64,000 nucleotides of DNA from Alphaproteobacteria bacterium (GTDB taxonomy: Bacteria; Pseudomonadota; Alphaproteobacteria; UBA8366), in the NCBI GenBank assembly GCA_965228695.1, contig CBDDIB010000002.1, positions 1,497,089 through 1,561,088 of the forward strand, in the 5' to 3' direction. The number at the start of each line of letters is the position of its first letter. The stretch's first letter is position 1. This document shows, one piece after another, positions 28,013 to 37,979 of the stretch. Below the pieces are notes generated by a model, which saw only the letters and a program-made list of their open reading frames with translations, did no database searches and was not told the origin of the DNA. A program made the translations under genes and the position numbers.

Positions 28013-30097
28013 TCAATTGCCTTCCCGCCGCCAGGCAAGCGCTGCGGTGGCCAATACCAGGAACAGGATTAGCAGACCCGGCAGCGCGGGGGTTCGGCGC
28101 ACGTCGGTGACGAGATAGTCCTCGTTCGCAACCAGGCCGATCCAATCCCGGCCGGCGGTGCGGCGATCCGGAGCCACACGGCGAAGGGCCGGGAGCCCGT
28201 CCCGCAGCCAATTGACCGATCCGTTCGTTGCCGCAACGATCGGGCGCAGGACCGACTCGGTCGCCCGAACGTCGGCCAACTCCAGCGGGTTCAGCGTACC
28301 GGCGGCGGCCATCGCGATGAGATCGCCATTTCCGACGGAATACAGTCCGGTCTGCGTTACCGGGACAATCGCGCCATAGCGGCCGGCGCCGCGTTTGGTC
28401 AGGGTGATCGTGTTTACCGTTCCATCCGGATTGGTGATCTTCGCCTCCGGCGCTATCGGATCGACGCTGCGGCGCTCGATATCGAGTTTCCCGTCGCGGA
28501 TGCTGGCGCGCAGGGCGTTTTCTTCGAGTTCCGGTTCCTTCATCAACCAATGGGCGAGGCGGCGCAGTAGCTCGGCCTGTGGACCGCCGCCCTCGAACCC
28601 GCGCGCCCACAGCCAGATATGATCGCTCGTCACCTGCGCCACCCGGCCTTCGCCGACCCGGTCCAGGATCAGCAGCGGCGATGCGTTGGCGCCCCGCATC
28701 AGGGTGTGCCCGCGATTGGCCACCACCTCGATTTGGCGGAACCAACGGCCCCACTGCGGTTTTCCTTCGGCATGCTGCTCGGGGCCGGCAGGCAGGGCGG
28801 CGGTCACGGGATGGCTCAAGCCGGTTTCGGTCACCTGCGGGCGATATCCACGGGTCACGACGCCGCCGGTCGGCTCTCCGGGCAACGCTTTCCGAAGCGC
28901 GCTGCGATAGATGCTGAACGGGCTCGCAAAGGTCGGGCCGGCGGCCGACAACAGGGCGCCGCCGCCTTCGATATAATCAACGATATTCTGCAGGTAAACG
29001 GGCGGAAGGACGCCGCGCCGCCGGTAGCGGTCGAAGATGACGAGGTCGAATTCCTGCAGCTTCACTTCGAACAACTCGCGCGTCGGAAAAGAAATCAGCG
29101 ACAGCTCGTTGATCGGCGTGCCGTCCTGTTTTTCCGGCGGCCGCAGAATCGTGAAATGGACCAGGTCGACCGATGGGTCGGATTTTAGCAGGTTACGCCA
29201 GGTTCGCTCGCCGGCATGCGGTTCGCCGGACACCAACAGCACCCGCAGCCGGTCGCGCACGCCGTTGACCGACAGCACGGCCCGGTTGTTGGCCAGCGTC
29301 AACTCTCCGGCGACACCCGCGACCGCGAGTTCGAAAACCGTCGGGCCGCCGTGCTCCAAGGTGAAGGTCAGCGTGTGGTCCGTCCCGACGGGCACCGTCC
29401 GCGTCTCCTCTTCACCGCCGTCCCGGCGAATCGTGAGAGCCGTTTCGGTTGTCGTTTCGGCCCGGCCATGGTCCTCGACCCGTACCGTCATGGTGATTTC
29501 CTTGCCGACGATGCCATAGGACGGCGCACGGCTGACGATCAATCGGCGGTCAGTCTCGTTCCGGTCGCCCGCGATCAGTACATGCATCGGTGCCGGCAAT
29601 CCCGTGATGTCGGAGGCGTCCGGAACATCGTGCACCTGTCCGTCGGTCAGGAGGATCGACCCCGCCAGCCGCCGCGCCGGAACGTCGCGAATCGCGCGGC
29701 GCAGGGGTCCGATCAACCGGCTGCCATTCGCGCCATCCGATACATTCTCATGTTTCACGCGGACGACACGAAGATCCAGCGTGGCCGACATTTTCTCCAG
29801 CGTGGCGATAATTTCCGTCGCGTTCTTCTGGATTGATTCGTTCCGTTGGGCGACGGCGACGCTGGGCGTTTCGTCGACCATGACGACGGCGACGTCCTTC
29901 AAAGGCTCCCGGTCTTCTTCCACCAGCGCCGGGTTCATCAAGGCGAGCAGCAGGACGGAGATTCCGATGGCGCGCAGGCCCGATCCGCGGGCGCGGGCCG
30001 CGAACCCGAGCCACATCACCAGTACTCCGAGCACGATCGCCGTAATCAAAACCGGCATCGGCAGGAGCGGCGCGAAATCAAGGGTGGTCCAGCTCAT
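28013..30097 (-). CDS. conserved membrane protein (N- and C-terminal TM anchors, GATase1-like middle region), last gene of the MoxR operon
   Basis: N-terminal TMs PLLPMPVLITAIVLGVLVMWLGF / LRAIGISVLLLALMNPAL. C-terminal TM ALPGLLILFLVLATAALAW. The start lies 3 nt after the upstream stop. Confidence 0.7.
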   Translation of the reverse strand: MSWTTLDFAPLLPMPVLITAIVLGVLVMWLGFAARARGSGLRAIGISVLLLALMNPALVEEDREPLKDVAVVMVDETPSVAVAQRNESIQKNATEIIATLEKMSATLDLRVVRVKHENVSDGANGSRLIGPLRRAIRDVPARRLAGSILLTDGQVHDVPDASDITGLPAPMHVLIAGDRNETDRRLIVSRAPSYGIVGKEITMTVRVEDHGRAETTTETALTIRRDGGEEETRTVPVGTDHTLTFTLEHGGPTVFELAVAGVAGELTLANNRAVLSVNGVRDRLRVLLVSGEPHAGERTWRNLLKSDPSVDLVHFTILRPPEKQDGTPINELSLISFPTRELFEVKLQEFDLVIFDRYRRRGVLPPVYLQNIVDYIEGGGALLSAAGPTFASPFSIYRSALRKALPGEPTGGVVTRGYRPQVTETGLSHPVTAALPAGPEQHAEGKPQWGRWFRQIEVVANRGHTLMRGANASPLLILDRVGEGRVAQVTSDHIWLWARGFEGGGPQAELLRRLAHWLMKEPELEENALRASIRDGKLDIERRSVDPIAPEAKITNPDGTVNTITLTKRGAGRYGAIVPVTQTGLYSVGNGDLIAMAAAGTLNPLELADVRATESVLRPIVAATNGSVNWLRDGLPALRRVAPDRRTAGRDWIGLVANEDYLVTDVRRTPALPGLLILFLVLATAALAWRREGN

Positions 30098-30100
30098 CGA

Positions 30101-32863
30101 TTATTGCCCCAGCCGTTCGAGGATCGCCGGCACATGCACCTGATCCGACTTGTAGTTTCCGGTCAGCGTGTACATCACGAGGTTCACGCCGAAACGATAG
30201 GCCATCTCGCGTTGCCGTTCGCCGCCCGGGACGACGGGGAACATCGGCCGGCCGGCCTCGTCGATCGCCCAGGCCGCGGCCCAATCGTGACCGCCGGTGA
30301 TGACGCGCGAAACACCGTCATTCGTCCGCGAATCGCCCCGCTCCACCCAAACCTGCCCGCCGGTCCACCGACCGGGGAAGGCCTGCATCAGGTAAAAGGC
30401 TTTCGTCAGCACGTGACCGGGGGGGATCGGTTCGATCGGCGGCAGGTTCAGCCCGCGGGTAAGGCGGCGCAACGACTGCAGCAACGGGCTTGTCGCGCCG
30501 GACGACAGATTGCGGTCGCGGGTATCGATAAGGATGGTGCCGCCGGTTTCCATGAACCGGTTGAGCTTGCCGATGGTTTCCTCGGGCAATGCGCGTTGGT
30601 CCGTGGTGATCGGCCAATACACCAACGAGAAGAACGCCAGTTCGTCCGTGTCCAGATTTACGCCGATCGGCGCGCCGGTTTCCACGGCCGTCCGCTGGTT
30701 CAATACATTGCTCAATCCCGTCAATCCCGCGCGGCTCACGGAATCCACGTCATTCGCGCCGGTGATGACATAGGCCAATCGGGTCGCCTGACTGGCCTCG
30801 AGGGCGAACCGATCGGCGATGGATGATTGCTGCGCCGATAGATCGCTCGGTGAGGCGATCAACAACAGGATCGCCGCCGCGCCCAGCGTTGCGTTGCGCA
30901 TGGATGCCGGCCGCAGTTTTCGGGCAAGCAGCGCATCCAACAACAGCCCGCGCAGGGCCAGCGTGGCGATGACGTCCGCCAGGAAGAGCAGCAGCGCCAA
31001 CAACAGCAGCCATGGCTTCACATCGGTTTCGTCGGACTCCGCATACGGTTCTACGCTGACCCCAGCCGGCAGGGAACCCATCGCGGAGAGCTCGCTCACG
31101 CGGGGCCCGAGATTCAAGGCGCGGCGGGTATCCCCGATGCCATAGTAGCCGGGCGGATGCTGCGGGCCGATTTCGGCGTCGGCGAACGCCGAGGCGGTAA
31201 TCGCGGTGGCCGACGGTCCCGGTTTTGCGGCACGCCCGAACCCATTCAGCGTTTCGATCGGCGGCAAGGGGCGGTCGCCGGTCGTATCCGCCGTAACGCC
31301 ACGGCTGACGGCAATAACCCGGCGCAGCATATCCACGAACAAGCCGGAAAGCGGCAGATTCGTCCAATTCGTATTGGCGGTGGTGTGGATCAGGACGATC
31401 CGTCCCTTGCCGCGCCGTTCCGTGGTCACCAGCGGGGTTCCGTCGGTCAGGCGGGCCCAAGTCTTATCCGTCAGATCGAGCGACGGTTCGGCTAAAACTT
31501 GCCGGGAGATTGTCACGTCCTCGGGAATCTTGAGCCCGGAAAAGGGGCTTTCGCCGGAAAATTTGGCGAGCCGCGCCGGCTTGCTCCACAACAACGCGCC
31601 GCCGAGTGCGCGGCCGCCGCGCCGGAGGCGCACGGGCGTCAGATCGTCCGTATCGTCGCGCGCGATGCGCGGTCTGGCAAACCGGAGCAACAGGCCGCCT
31701 TGCTCAATCCAATCGGTCAGCGTACCGCGGTCTGCCGGGTTGATCGGAACTTCGTCGGGCACGATGATCACGGCGCGCCCGGCCCGCACGAGCGTCGGGA
31801 TGTCCCCATAGCGAACGTCGCTGAACGGCCGAAGGGCGCGATCCAGATAGAAACTCTCGGACAGCAGCGAGGGATCGCTATCCAACGGCTTTTCGGAGAT
31901 CAGGCCGACCGGCCGGCGTCGCCATCGTTCGTCCAGCAGCACCACGGTGCCGGCGCTTGCCTCGCCTTCCAGGTCGAGCCGCGCCACCTCGTTACGCACT
32001 TCGTTCGGGAAGTCGAACGTGGCGGTTGCTGTCAGCGCATCCGACTCGAATACCGCGCCGCTGGTGCCGAGGACGCGGCCGTCTTCGGCGAGTGCGCGGA
32101 TCTTCGCGGTCGCCACCGTGCCTGCCGTGGCGCGCCGCACGATCGCGGACAGGCCGGCCCCGGATTCGTCGGCGGGTAGAACGAGACGGGGCAGATCGAT
32201 ATCGTTATCGCGCAGAACGCGGACCGAGCCGTAGTCGCTCAGCGTCTCGATGAAGGGGGCCGCATCGGCATGCTCGAGACTGTCGCTCAGCCAGAGGACG
32301 GTCGCGTTGCCCGTGCTCTTCAGTTTTTCGAGGGCCGCCGCGGCCGCGCGGCGGTCGCTGGGCCAAGGTTTGGGGCGGAGGGCGTCGACCCGGCCGCGTG
32401 CGTCGTTCGGCTTGAGGACGCCGGACACCAGCGCCGCGCGGGCGTCCCCGGTCGGTGCCGTGGTCAGAATGATGACGCCGCGGTCTTCCCGTTTGGCCTG
32501 GGTGATTACCTGCCGCATCGTCGCCTGCCGATCGCTCCAGTTCGCCGCCGCGGCCCAGCCGTCGTCGACAGCGATCAGCACGGGACCGCGGCCGGTCAGT
32601 TGGGCGTTCGGGTTCAGCAAGGGATGCGCAAGACCCAGGATCAAGAGCGTCACCGCGGCGAGCCGCAGCAGGATCAGCCACCAGGGTGAACTCGCCGGCG
32701 TTTTTTCCGGGCTTTCCAGGCCGAACAGCAGCCGGATCGCGGGAAAACGGACATTGCGCGGTGCCGGGGGCGTGACCCGCAGCAGCCACCAAAGCAGCGG
32801 CAGCAGGATCAGGGCCGACAGGATCCACGGCGATGCGAAGGCGAGGGGGCCGAGTTCTAGCAA
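30101..32863 (-). CDS. BatA-like N-terminal double-TM domain / DUF4159 C-terminal domain protein (920 aa)
   Basis: (TTG start) MLELGPLAFASPWILSALILLPLLWWLLRVTPP matches the TIGR02226-type N-terminus as I recall it. C-terminal ...YRFGVNLVMYTLTGNYKSDQVHVPAILERLGQ resembles DUF4159. Confidence 0.7.
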   Translation of the reverse strand: MLELGPLAFASPWILSALILLPLLWWLLRVTPPAPRNVRFPAIRLLFGLESPEKTPASSPWWLILLRLAAVTLLILGLAHPLLNPNAQLTGRGPVLIAVDDGWAAAANWSDRQATMRQVITQAKREDRGVIILTTAPTGDARAALVSGVLKPNDARGRVDALRPKPWPSDRRAAAAALEKLKSTGNATVLWLSDSLEHADAAPFIETLSDYGSVRVLRDNDIDLPRLVLPADESGAGLSAIVRRATAGTVATAKIRALAEDGRVLGTSGAVFESDALTATATFDFPNEVRNEVARLDLEGEASAGTVVLLDERWRRRPVGLISEKPLDSDPSLLSESFYLDRALRPFSDVRYGDIPTLVRAGRAVIIVPDEVPINPADRGTLTDWIEQGGLLLRFARPRIARDDTDDLTPVRLRRGGRALGGALLWSKPARLAKFSGESPFSGLKIPEDVTISRQVLAEPSLDLTDKTWARLTDGTPLVTTERRGKGRIVLIHTTANTNWTNLPLSGLFVDMLRRVIAVSRGVTADTTGDRPLPPIETLNGFGRAAKPGPSATAITASAFADAEIGPQHPPGYYGIGDTRRALNLGPRVSELSAMGSLPAGVSVEPYAESDETDVKPWLLLLALLLFLADVIATLALRGLLLDALLARKLRPASMRNATLGAAAILLLIASPSDLSAQQSSIADRFALEASQATRLAYVITGANDVDSVSRAGLTGLSNVLNQRTAVETGAPIGVNLDTDELAFFSLVYWPITTDQRALPEETIGKLNRFMETGGTILIDTRDRNLSSGATSPLLQSLRRLTRGLNLPPIEPIPPGHVLTKAFYLMQAFPGRWTGGQVWVERGDSRTNDGVSRVITGGHDWAAAWAIDEAGRPMFPVVPGGERQREMAYRFGVNLVMYTLTGNYKSDQVHVPAILERLGQ

Positions 32864-32866
32864 TTC

Positions 32867-33799
32867 CTATGCCCCCGCTTCCGGCGCCATCGCCGTATAC
32901 AGATGCAAGAGCGCGGATTCGGGCGACGCATCGGTTCGGTGGGTCGTGAAATGCCAGCCGATGCGGCCGGCGATGCTCTCCAGGCCCGCCTGATGGTCTT
33001 CGAGCCGGCCATGATAGGCGGTCCGGACGGCTTCGACCCGGCTCAGCAAAGTATCGTCCTCGCCTTCGAATCCGCTGAACTTGATCCGGCCCTTGAAAGG
33101 AAGCCGCACCTCCGCAGGGTCCAGGACTTGCATCATCACGCCGCGCACGCCCCGGTCGGCCAGCCGCATCGCCACGGACTGGATTTCCGGCAGCGGGACC
33201 AGGAAGTCGCTTAACAACACGACATGCCCGTACCGCGGCAACGGGTCGCCCGGGGGCAAATTATGTGGGGTCTTTTCATCCGTTTGGGCGGAGTCTGCCG
33301 CCGTGGCGCTTTCCCGAATGATCGGGTCGAGCACGGTCGCGGTGAGCCGATTGAATGCGGCGCGCCCGGTCGAGGGAGGGTGCTCGGTGCCCAAGAGCGC
33401 GAATCGCTCACCCCCGCGCATCAGCAGGGCGGCAAGCGCCAGCAGCAGCAGATCGGCGCGTTCCCGCTTGGTGCCCAGATCCTGGGACGAGGTGTAATCC
33501 ATCGACGGCGACGTATCACGCCAGAGCCACACGCTTTGCGCGGCTTCCCATTCGGTTTCCCGCACGAAGATGTAGCGCGACTTGGCGGATTGCCGCCAGT
33601 CGATCGAGCTGGTCTCGTCGCCCGGTTCGTAGCGGCGGAATTGCCAGAAGGTCTCGCCCTGTCCGACGCGGCGGCGGCCATGCACGCCTTGCGCCACGGT
33701 CGTCGCCACGCGTTCCGCGGCGACCAGCAATGCCGGAAACCGCGATGCGAGCTGCTCGGCCCGCTGTTGCCGTTTTAAAGTCGGGTTACCGCCGTCCAT
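32867..33799 (-). CDS. DUF58 family protein
   Basis: FRRYEPGDETSSIDWRQSAKS motif. I prefer ATG at 33799, 20 nt after the moxR stop. The track start 33838 is a TTG overlapping moxR by 19 nt. Confidence 0.8.
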   Translation of the reverse strand: MDGGNPTLKRQQRAEQLASRFPALLVAAERVATTVAQGVHGRRRVGQGETFWQFRRYEPGDETSSIDWRQSAKSRYIFVRETEWEAAQSVWLWRDTSPSMDYTSSQDLGTKRERADLLLLALAALLMRGGERFALLGTEHPPSTGRAAFNRLTATVLDPIIRESATAADSAQTDEKTPHNLPPGDPLPRYGHVVLLSDFLVPLPEIQSVAMRLADRGVRGVMMQVLDPAEVRLPFKGRIKFSGFEGEDDTLLSRVEAVRTAYHGRLEDHQAGLESIAGRIGWHFTTHRTDASPESALLHLYTAMAPEAGA

Positions 33800-33819
33800 A
33801 TCGCTGTTGCCGCCCCCCG

Positions 33820-34839
33820 TCAGGACAACCGCTCGCAAAGGTGGCCGATGATCGAATCGATCGTTACGCCTTCGGCCCGCGCTGCGAAGTTGAGCGCCAT
33901 GCGATGGCGCAGGACCGGCGAGGCGAGGGCGATGACGTCATCGACCGATGGCGACAGCCGGCCTTGCAGCAACACGCGGGCTCGGCAGGCCAGCATCAGC
34001 GCCTGACTGGCGCGCGGTCCCGGGCCCCAGGCAACATGCCGCGCCACCGGATCCAGATCCGTCGTGTCGGGCCGTCCGGCGCGCACCATGGTGAGGATCG
34101 CTTCGACCACCTTCTCGCCGACCGGAATGCGCCGGACCAGGTGTTGCGCCGCCATAATCTGTTCCGCCGACAGGATCGCCGGCGGTTCCGATTCGCCGAG
34201 TCCCGTCGTGGCGAGCATCATGCTCCGTTCCGCGTCCTCGTCCGGATATCCCACCTCGACCTGGATCAGAAACCGGTCGAGCTGCGCTTCTGGCAGGGGA
34301 TAGGTGCCTTCCTGTTCCAGCGGGTTCTGGGTCGCCAGCACGTGAAATGGTTCGGGAAGGTCGTGGTACTCACCCGCGATGGAAACGCGCCGTTCCTGCA
34401 TCGCCTGCAGCAGGGCGGATTGGGTTCGCGGGCTCGCCCGGTTGATTTCGTCGGCCATCAGGAGCTGGCAGAAGATCGGCCCTTTGATGAAGCGGAAGGA
34501 CCGCTGCCCGCCGTCGCCCTCTTCGAGGACTTCCGAACCCAGGATATCCGCCGGCATCAGATCCGGTGTGAATTGAATACGGCGATCGTTCAGTCCCAAT
34601 ACCTGACCCAGGGTCTCAACCAGCCGGGTCTTGGCCAAGCCGGGCACGCCGATCAGCAAGGCATGGCCCCCGGCCAGCAAGGTGATCAGCGTTTCCTCGA
34701 TCACGTGTTCCTGGCCGAAAATGACCTGGCCGATCGCTTTTCGCGTCTGAACCAGCGTTTCGCCGGTCGTTTCTATATCTCTGCTGAGCGTCTCGATCTC
34801 GGTCTTGGTATCCGCAGGGCTGGTAATTGCCGGGCTCAC
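33820..34839 (-). CDS. MoxR-type AAA+ ATPase
   Basis: GTG start preceded by AGGAGA. Walker A GVPGLAKT. Walker B LLMADEINRASPRTQSALLQAMQE. The 512-aa plus ORF 33355..34893 is an antisense shadow. Confidence 0.9.
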   Translation of the reverse strand: MSPAITSPADTKTEIETLSRDIETTGETLVQTRKAIGQVIFGQEHVIEETLITLLAGGHALLIGVPGLAKTRLVETLGQVLGLNDRRIQFTPDLMPADILGSEVLEEGDGGQRSFRFIKGPIFCQLLMADEINRASPRTQSALLQAMQERRVSIAGEYHDLPEPFHVLATQNPLEQEGTYPLPEAQLDRFLIQVEVGYPDEDAERSMMLATTGLGESEPPAILSAEQIMAAQHLVRRIPVGEKVVEAILTMVRAGRPDTTDLDPVARHVAWGPGPRASQALMLACRARVLLQGRLSPSVDDVIALASPVLRHRMALNFAARAEGVTIDSIIGHLCERLS

Positions 34840-34889
34840 GGCGTATCTCCTGTAATCGAGTATGATGAATGTGATGATATGATCCGGGG

Positions 34890-35486
34890 ATGAGCAAGCA
34901 ACCCCCTAATCCAGCATTTCTCGCTGATTTGATCGATAAACACCGAACCGGCGACGAACCCGCCGCCGCGCCGCAATGGGATTTTGATCCTAAAGACTGC
35001 GGCGACTTCCCGATGCGCATCGGTCGAGACGGCACTTGGTACTATCATGGTACCCCGATCGGGCGAAAACCGATGTGTAAGCTCTTTTCCACCGTGCTAC
35101 GGCGCGACGACGCGGGCAACTTTTATTTGGTGACGCCGGTCGAAGCCGGGCGAATCGAGGTTGAAGATGCGCCGTTTACCGCGGTTGAGGTGATATCCGA
35201 AGGCAAGGGCGAGGAGCGGGTGATCTCCTTCAGAACGAACCTGGATCACATGATTACCGCCGGACCGGACAACCCGATTCGCGTCACCGACGATTCGGAG
35301 AGCGGCGAGCCGTCGCCGTATGTATTGGTGCGCGACGATCTGGAGGCGCTCATCCTGCGGCCGCAATTCTATCAGCTGGTGGAAATGGCCGAGGAACGGG
35401 TCGAGGGCGATGCGACCGTATTCGGCGTTTGGAGCAGCGGCGTCTTCTTCCAACTCGGCGCCGTGCCGACGGACGGGGCCTCATGA
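34890..35486 (+). CDS. DUF1285 family protein
   Basis: FPMRIGRDGTWYYHGTPIGRKPMCKLFSTVLRRDDAGNFYLVTPVE. ATGA overlap with the next gene. Confidence 0.8.
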   Translation: MSKQPPNPAFLADLIDKHRTGDEPAAAPQWDFDPKDCGDFPMRIGRDGTWYYHGTPIGRKPMCKLFSTVLRRDDAGNFYLVTPVEAGRIEVEDAPFTAVEVISEGKGEERVISFRTNLDHMITAGPDNPIRVTDDSESGEPSPYVLVRDDLEALILRPQFYQLVEMAEERVEGDATVFGVWSSGVFFQLGAVPTDGAS

Positions 35487-36109
35487 ACCGCGACTTAATC
35501 ATCGAACGCCTGGATGGCGCCGTCGCCGGGCGCTGGGGCTCGGGTATGGCGCGGGAACAGCGGTCGGAACGCGGCGATCACGACCTGAACCCCGGCATGC
35601 CAAAACCAACGACCCTACGGCCCGCTGCCGTTCTGGTGCCGATTGTGGAACGCCCCTCGGGGCTGACGGTCATCCTGACGCAGCGGACCGATCATCTGAA
35701 CGATCATGCGGGCCAGATCAGTTTCCCCGGCGGCCGCACCGAGCCGGAAGACCCGACGCCGGAAGCGACGGCGCTGCGGGAGACGGAAGAGGAAATCGGT
35801 CTGCCGCGCGACCGGATCGAAACCGTCGGCACACTCGACGTTTACGTGACGCGGACCGGGTATGAAGTCACGCCGGTCGTTGGGCTGGTCTCGCCGCCCT
35901 TCCCGATCAAGCCCGATCCCTTCGAAGTAGCGGATGTCTTCGAGGTGCCGTTGTCCTTCGTCGTCGACCCGACCAATCACCTGCGGGACAGCCGGACGCA
36001 CAAGGGCATCCAGCGCCAGTTCTACGTCTTGCCTTACGAAGAACGCTACATCTGGGGTGCCACGGCCGGCATGCTGGTCAACCTATCCGACGTTTTGCGG
36101 CGGACATGA
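35483..36109 (+). CDS. CoA pyrophosphatase-type NUDIX hydrolase
   Basis: ATG 35483 overlaps the DUF1285 stop. AAVLVPIV...ILTQRTDHLNDHAGQISFPGGRTEPEDPTPEATALRETEEEIGL (Nudix box). Confidence 0.85.
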   Translation: MNRDLIIERLDGAVAGRWGSGMAREQRSERGDHDLNPGMPKPTTLRPAAVLVPIVERPSGLTVILTQRTDHLNDHAGQISFPGGRTEPEDPTPEATALRETEEEIGLPRDRIETVGTLDVYVTRTGYEVTPVVGLVSPPFPIKPDPFEVADVFEVPLSFVVDPTNHLRDSRTHKGIQRQFYVLPYEERYIWGATAGMLVNLSDVLRRT

Positions 36110-37344
36110 CCGGCCGGCTCGCGCCTCAGCCCTGGATGGACGCGCCGGAAACCGCCGCCGTCCTCGACGCATTGGAAGGGGCCGGCGCGGAGGTCCGGTT
36201 CGTCGGCGGCTGCGTGCGGGATGCGCTGCTGGGCCGCGCCGTCAACGATGTCGATCTGGCGACCGATGCGTTGCCGGAGGCAGTCGTCGCGGCGCTCGAG
36301 GCGGCTGGGATCAAGGCCGTGCCGACCGGGCTGAAGCATGGAACCGTGACCGCCGTGTCGAACCATCGCCCGTTCGAGATCACGACGCTGCGGCATGACG
36401 TTGAAACCGACGGCCGACACGCGACCGTCGCCTTTACCGATGATTGGGAAGCCGACGCGGCGCGGCGCGATTTCACCATCAATGCGCTTTCGCTGTCACG
36501 GGACGGGACGTTGTATGACCCGTTCGGCGGCGAACGGGATTTGCGGGACGGTATCGTGCGTTTCGTGGGCGATCCCCAGCATCGCATCGAAGAGGATGTC
36601 CTGCGTTTGCTCCGGTTCTTCCGCTTTCACGCTTATTATGCTGCCGGCGATTTCGATGCGCCGAGCCTGGCGGCTTGCCGCGCCTTGGCGTCGCGGGTGC
36701 CGCGTCTGTCTGTCGAGCGGGTCTGGTCGGAGATGAAGCGGTTGCTGGCCGCGCCCGATCCGGCGCCGGTCATTCGGACCATGGACGAGATCGGCGCGCT
36801 TGTGTCCGTCCTGCCGGATCCGGTCGGCGTGGACCGGCTCGACCGTCTCGTCCAGGCGGAGAAAATTGCGGCCGGACGATGGCCGGAAGTCTCCGCCGAT
36901 GCCATTCGGCGCACGGGCGCGCTGCTGCCGCCGGATGGTAGGTCGGCTGCCGAGGCGGCCCGTCATCTCAAGGTTTCGACCGCCGATCGGAAGCGGCTCG
37001 TTGCTTTGGCCGATGGGGTGAACGCGCCGCCGGATATGAGGTCGCTACAGGCGTTGCGCCGTCTCCGGCATCGGTTGCCGCGAGAGACGATGGTCGATCT
37101 GGCCTTGGTGCTGTGGGCCGAGTTTGGCGAAGAAAAGTCCGCCGCGGCTGCGATCGAGATCGCGTTGGGCTGGACACCGCCGGCGTTTCCCTTGTCGGGA
37201 CAGGATGTCACGGCCCTGGGCGTCACATCGGGCCCCGAAATCGGGCGGCTGCTCGCCGCGGTCGAGGACTGGTGGATCGCGGAAGACTTCGCGCCCGACC
37301 GCGACGCCTGTCTCACACAGCTGGGAAATCTATTGAACACGTAA
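36106..37344 (+). CDS. cca: CCA tRNA nucleotidyltransferase
   Basis: RFVGGCVRDALLGRAVNDVDLAT, RRDFTINAL, EDVLRLLRFFRF. ATGA overlap with the upstream NUDIX gene. Confidence 0.85.
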   Translation: MTGRLAPQPWMDAPETAAVLDALEGAGAEVRFVGGCVRDALLGRAVNDVDLATDALPEAVVAALEAAGIKAVPTGLKHGTVTAVSNHRPFEITTLRHDVETDGRHATVAFTDDWEADAARRDFTINALSLSRDGTLYDPFGGERDLRDGIVRFVGDPQHRIEEDVLRLLRFFRFHAYYAAGDFDAPSLAACRALASRVPRLSVERVWSEMKRLLAAPDPAPVIRTMDEIGALVSVLPDPVGVDRLDRLVQAEKIAAGRWPEVSADAIRRTGALLPPDGRSAAEAARHLKVSTADRKRLVALADGVNAPPDMRSLQALRRLRHRLPRETMVDLALVLWAEFGEEKSAAAAIEIALGWTPPAFPLSGQDVTALGVTSGPEIGRLLAAVEDWWIAEDFAPDRDACLTQLGNLLNT

Positions 37345-37476
37345 GCGCTCGGGCAAGCCCGGGATCCCGTTGCATACGGGTGTTTCCGATCTCACGGTTC
37401 TTTGAATTGAATCGCCAATCCCATTTGGTAGCGTTCCATTCAGTTTGTTTTGCCCGACACCGTATTGGAGGGTTTC

Positions 37477-37905
37477 GTGGCGCGTGGATTTAGGGTGCAG
37501 GAGCGCATTCCGGCCACACCGGAGACGGTTTGGCGATATCTCACCGATGCCGACAAAGCCGGGGAATGGATGCCGGGCGTCGATGGTTTCACGCTATCCG
37601 GCGGCGGTACGCTCCAAACCGGATCCGTTCTCGTATTCCGCGCCCGGGGCAAGGATCGCGAAGCGTCTGTGACGGTCCTGGAGGAAGCCAGGCGGTTTGC
37701 GCTTACCTCGACCCAAGGCGGCGTGACCGCCACCTATGAATATGTATTGGCGCCGATACCGGATGGAGCAGAGGTGACATTGAATGCACGCTGCAACGCG
37801 ACGGGTATGTGGAAGCTGATCCATCCCGTGATCGTCATGGCGATGAAAAAGGCGGATTCGCCGCAACTCTCGAACCTCAAGGCGTTGATCGAACGATCCG
37901 AGTAA
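37477..37905 (+). CDS. SRPBCC (START/Bet v1-like) family protein
   Basis: (GTG)ARGFRVQERIPATPETVWRYLTDADKAGEWMPGV. GGAGGG lies 4 nt upstream of GTG 37477. Track start 37450 is TTG. Confidence 0.6.
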   Translation: MARGFRVQERIPATPETVWRYLTDADKAGEWMPGVDGFTLSGGGTLQTGSVLVFRARGKDREASVTVLEEARRFALTSTQGGVTATYEYVLAPIPDGAEVTLNARCNATGMWKLIHPVIVMAMKKADSPQLSNLKALIERSE

Positions 37906-37979
37906 TTGAGCGTCGCCAATCCGCATCCGGTCCCGGCCGGCGGATTGGACCGATGGTGTGAATTTCGGACCCTTTCCCT

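Noticed and set aside
33355-34893. 512-aa plus-strand ORF
   Set aside because: It is antisense to MoxR and DUF58, both of which carry clear family motifs. It has no recognisable domain and shadow-frame composition.
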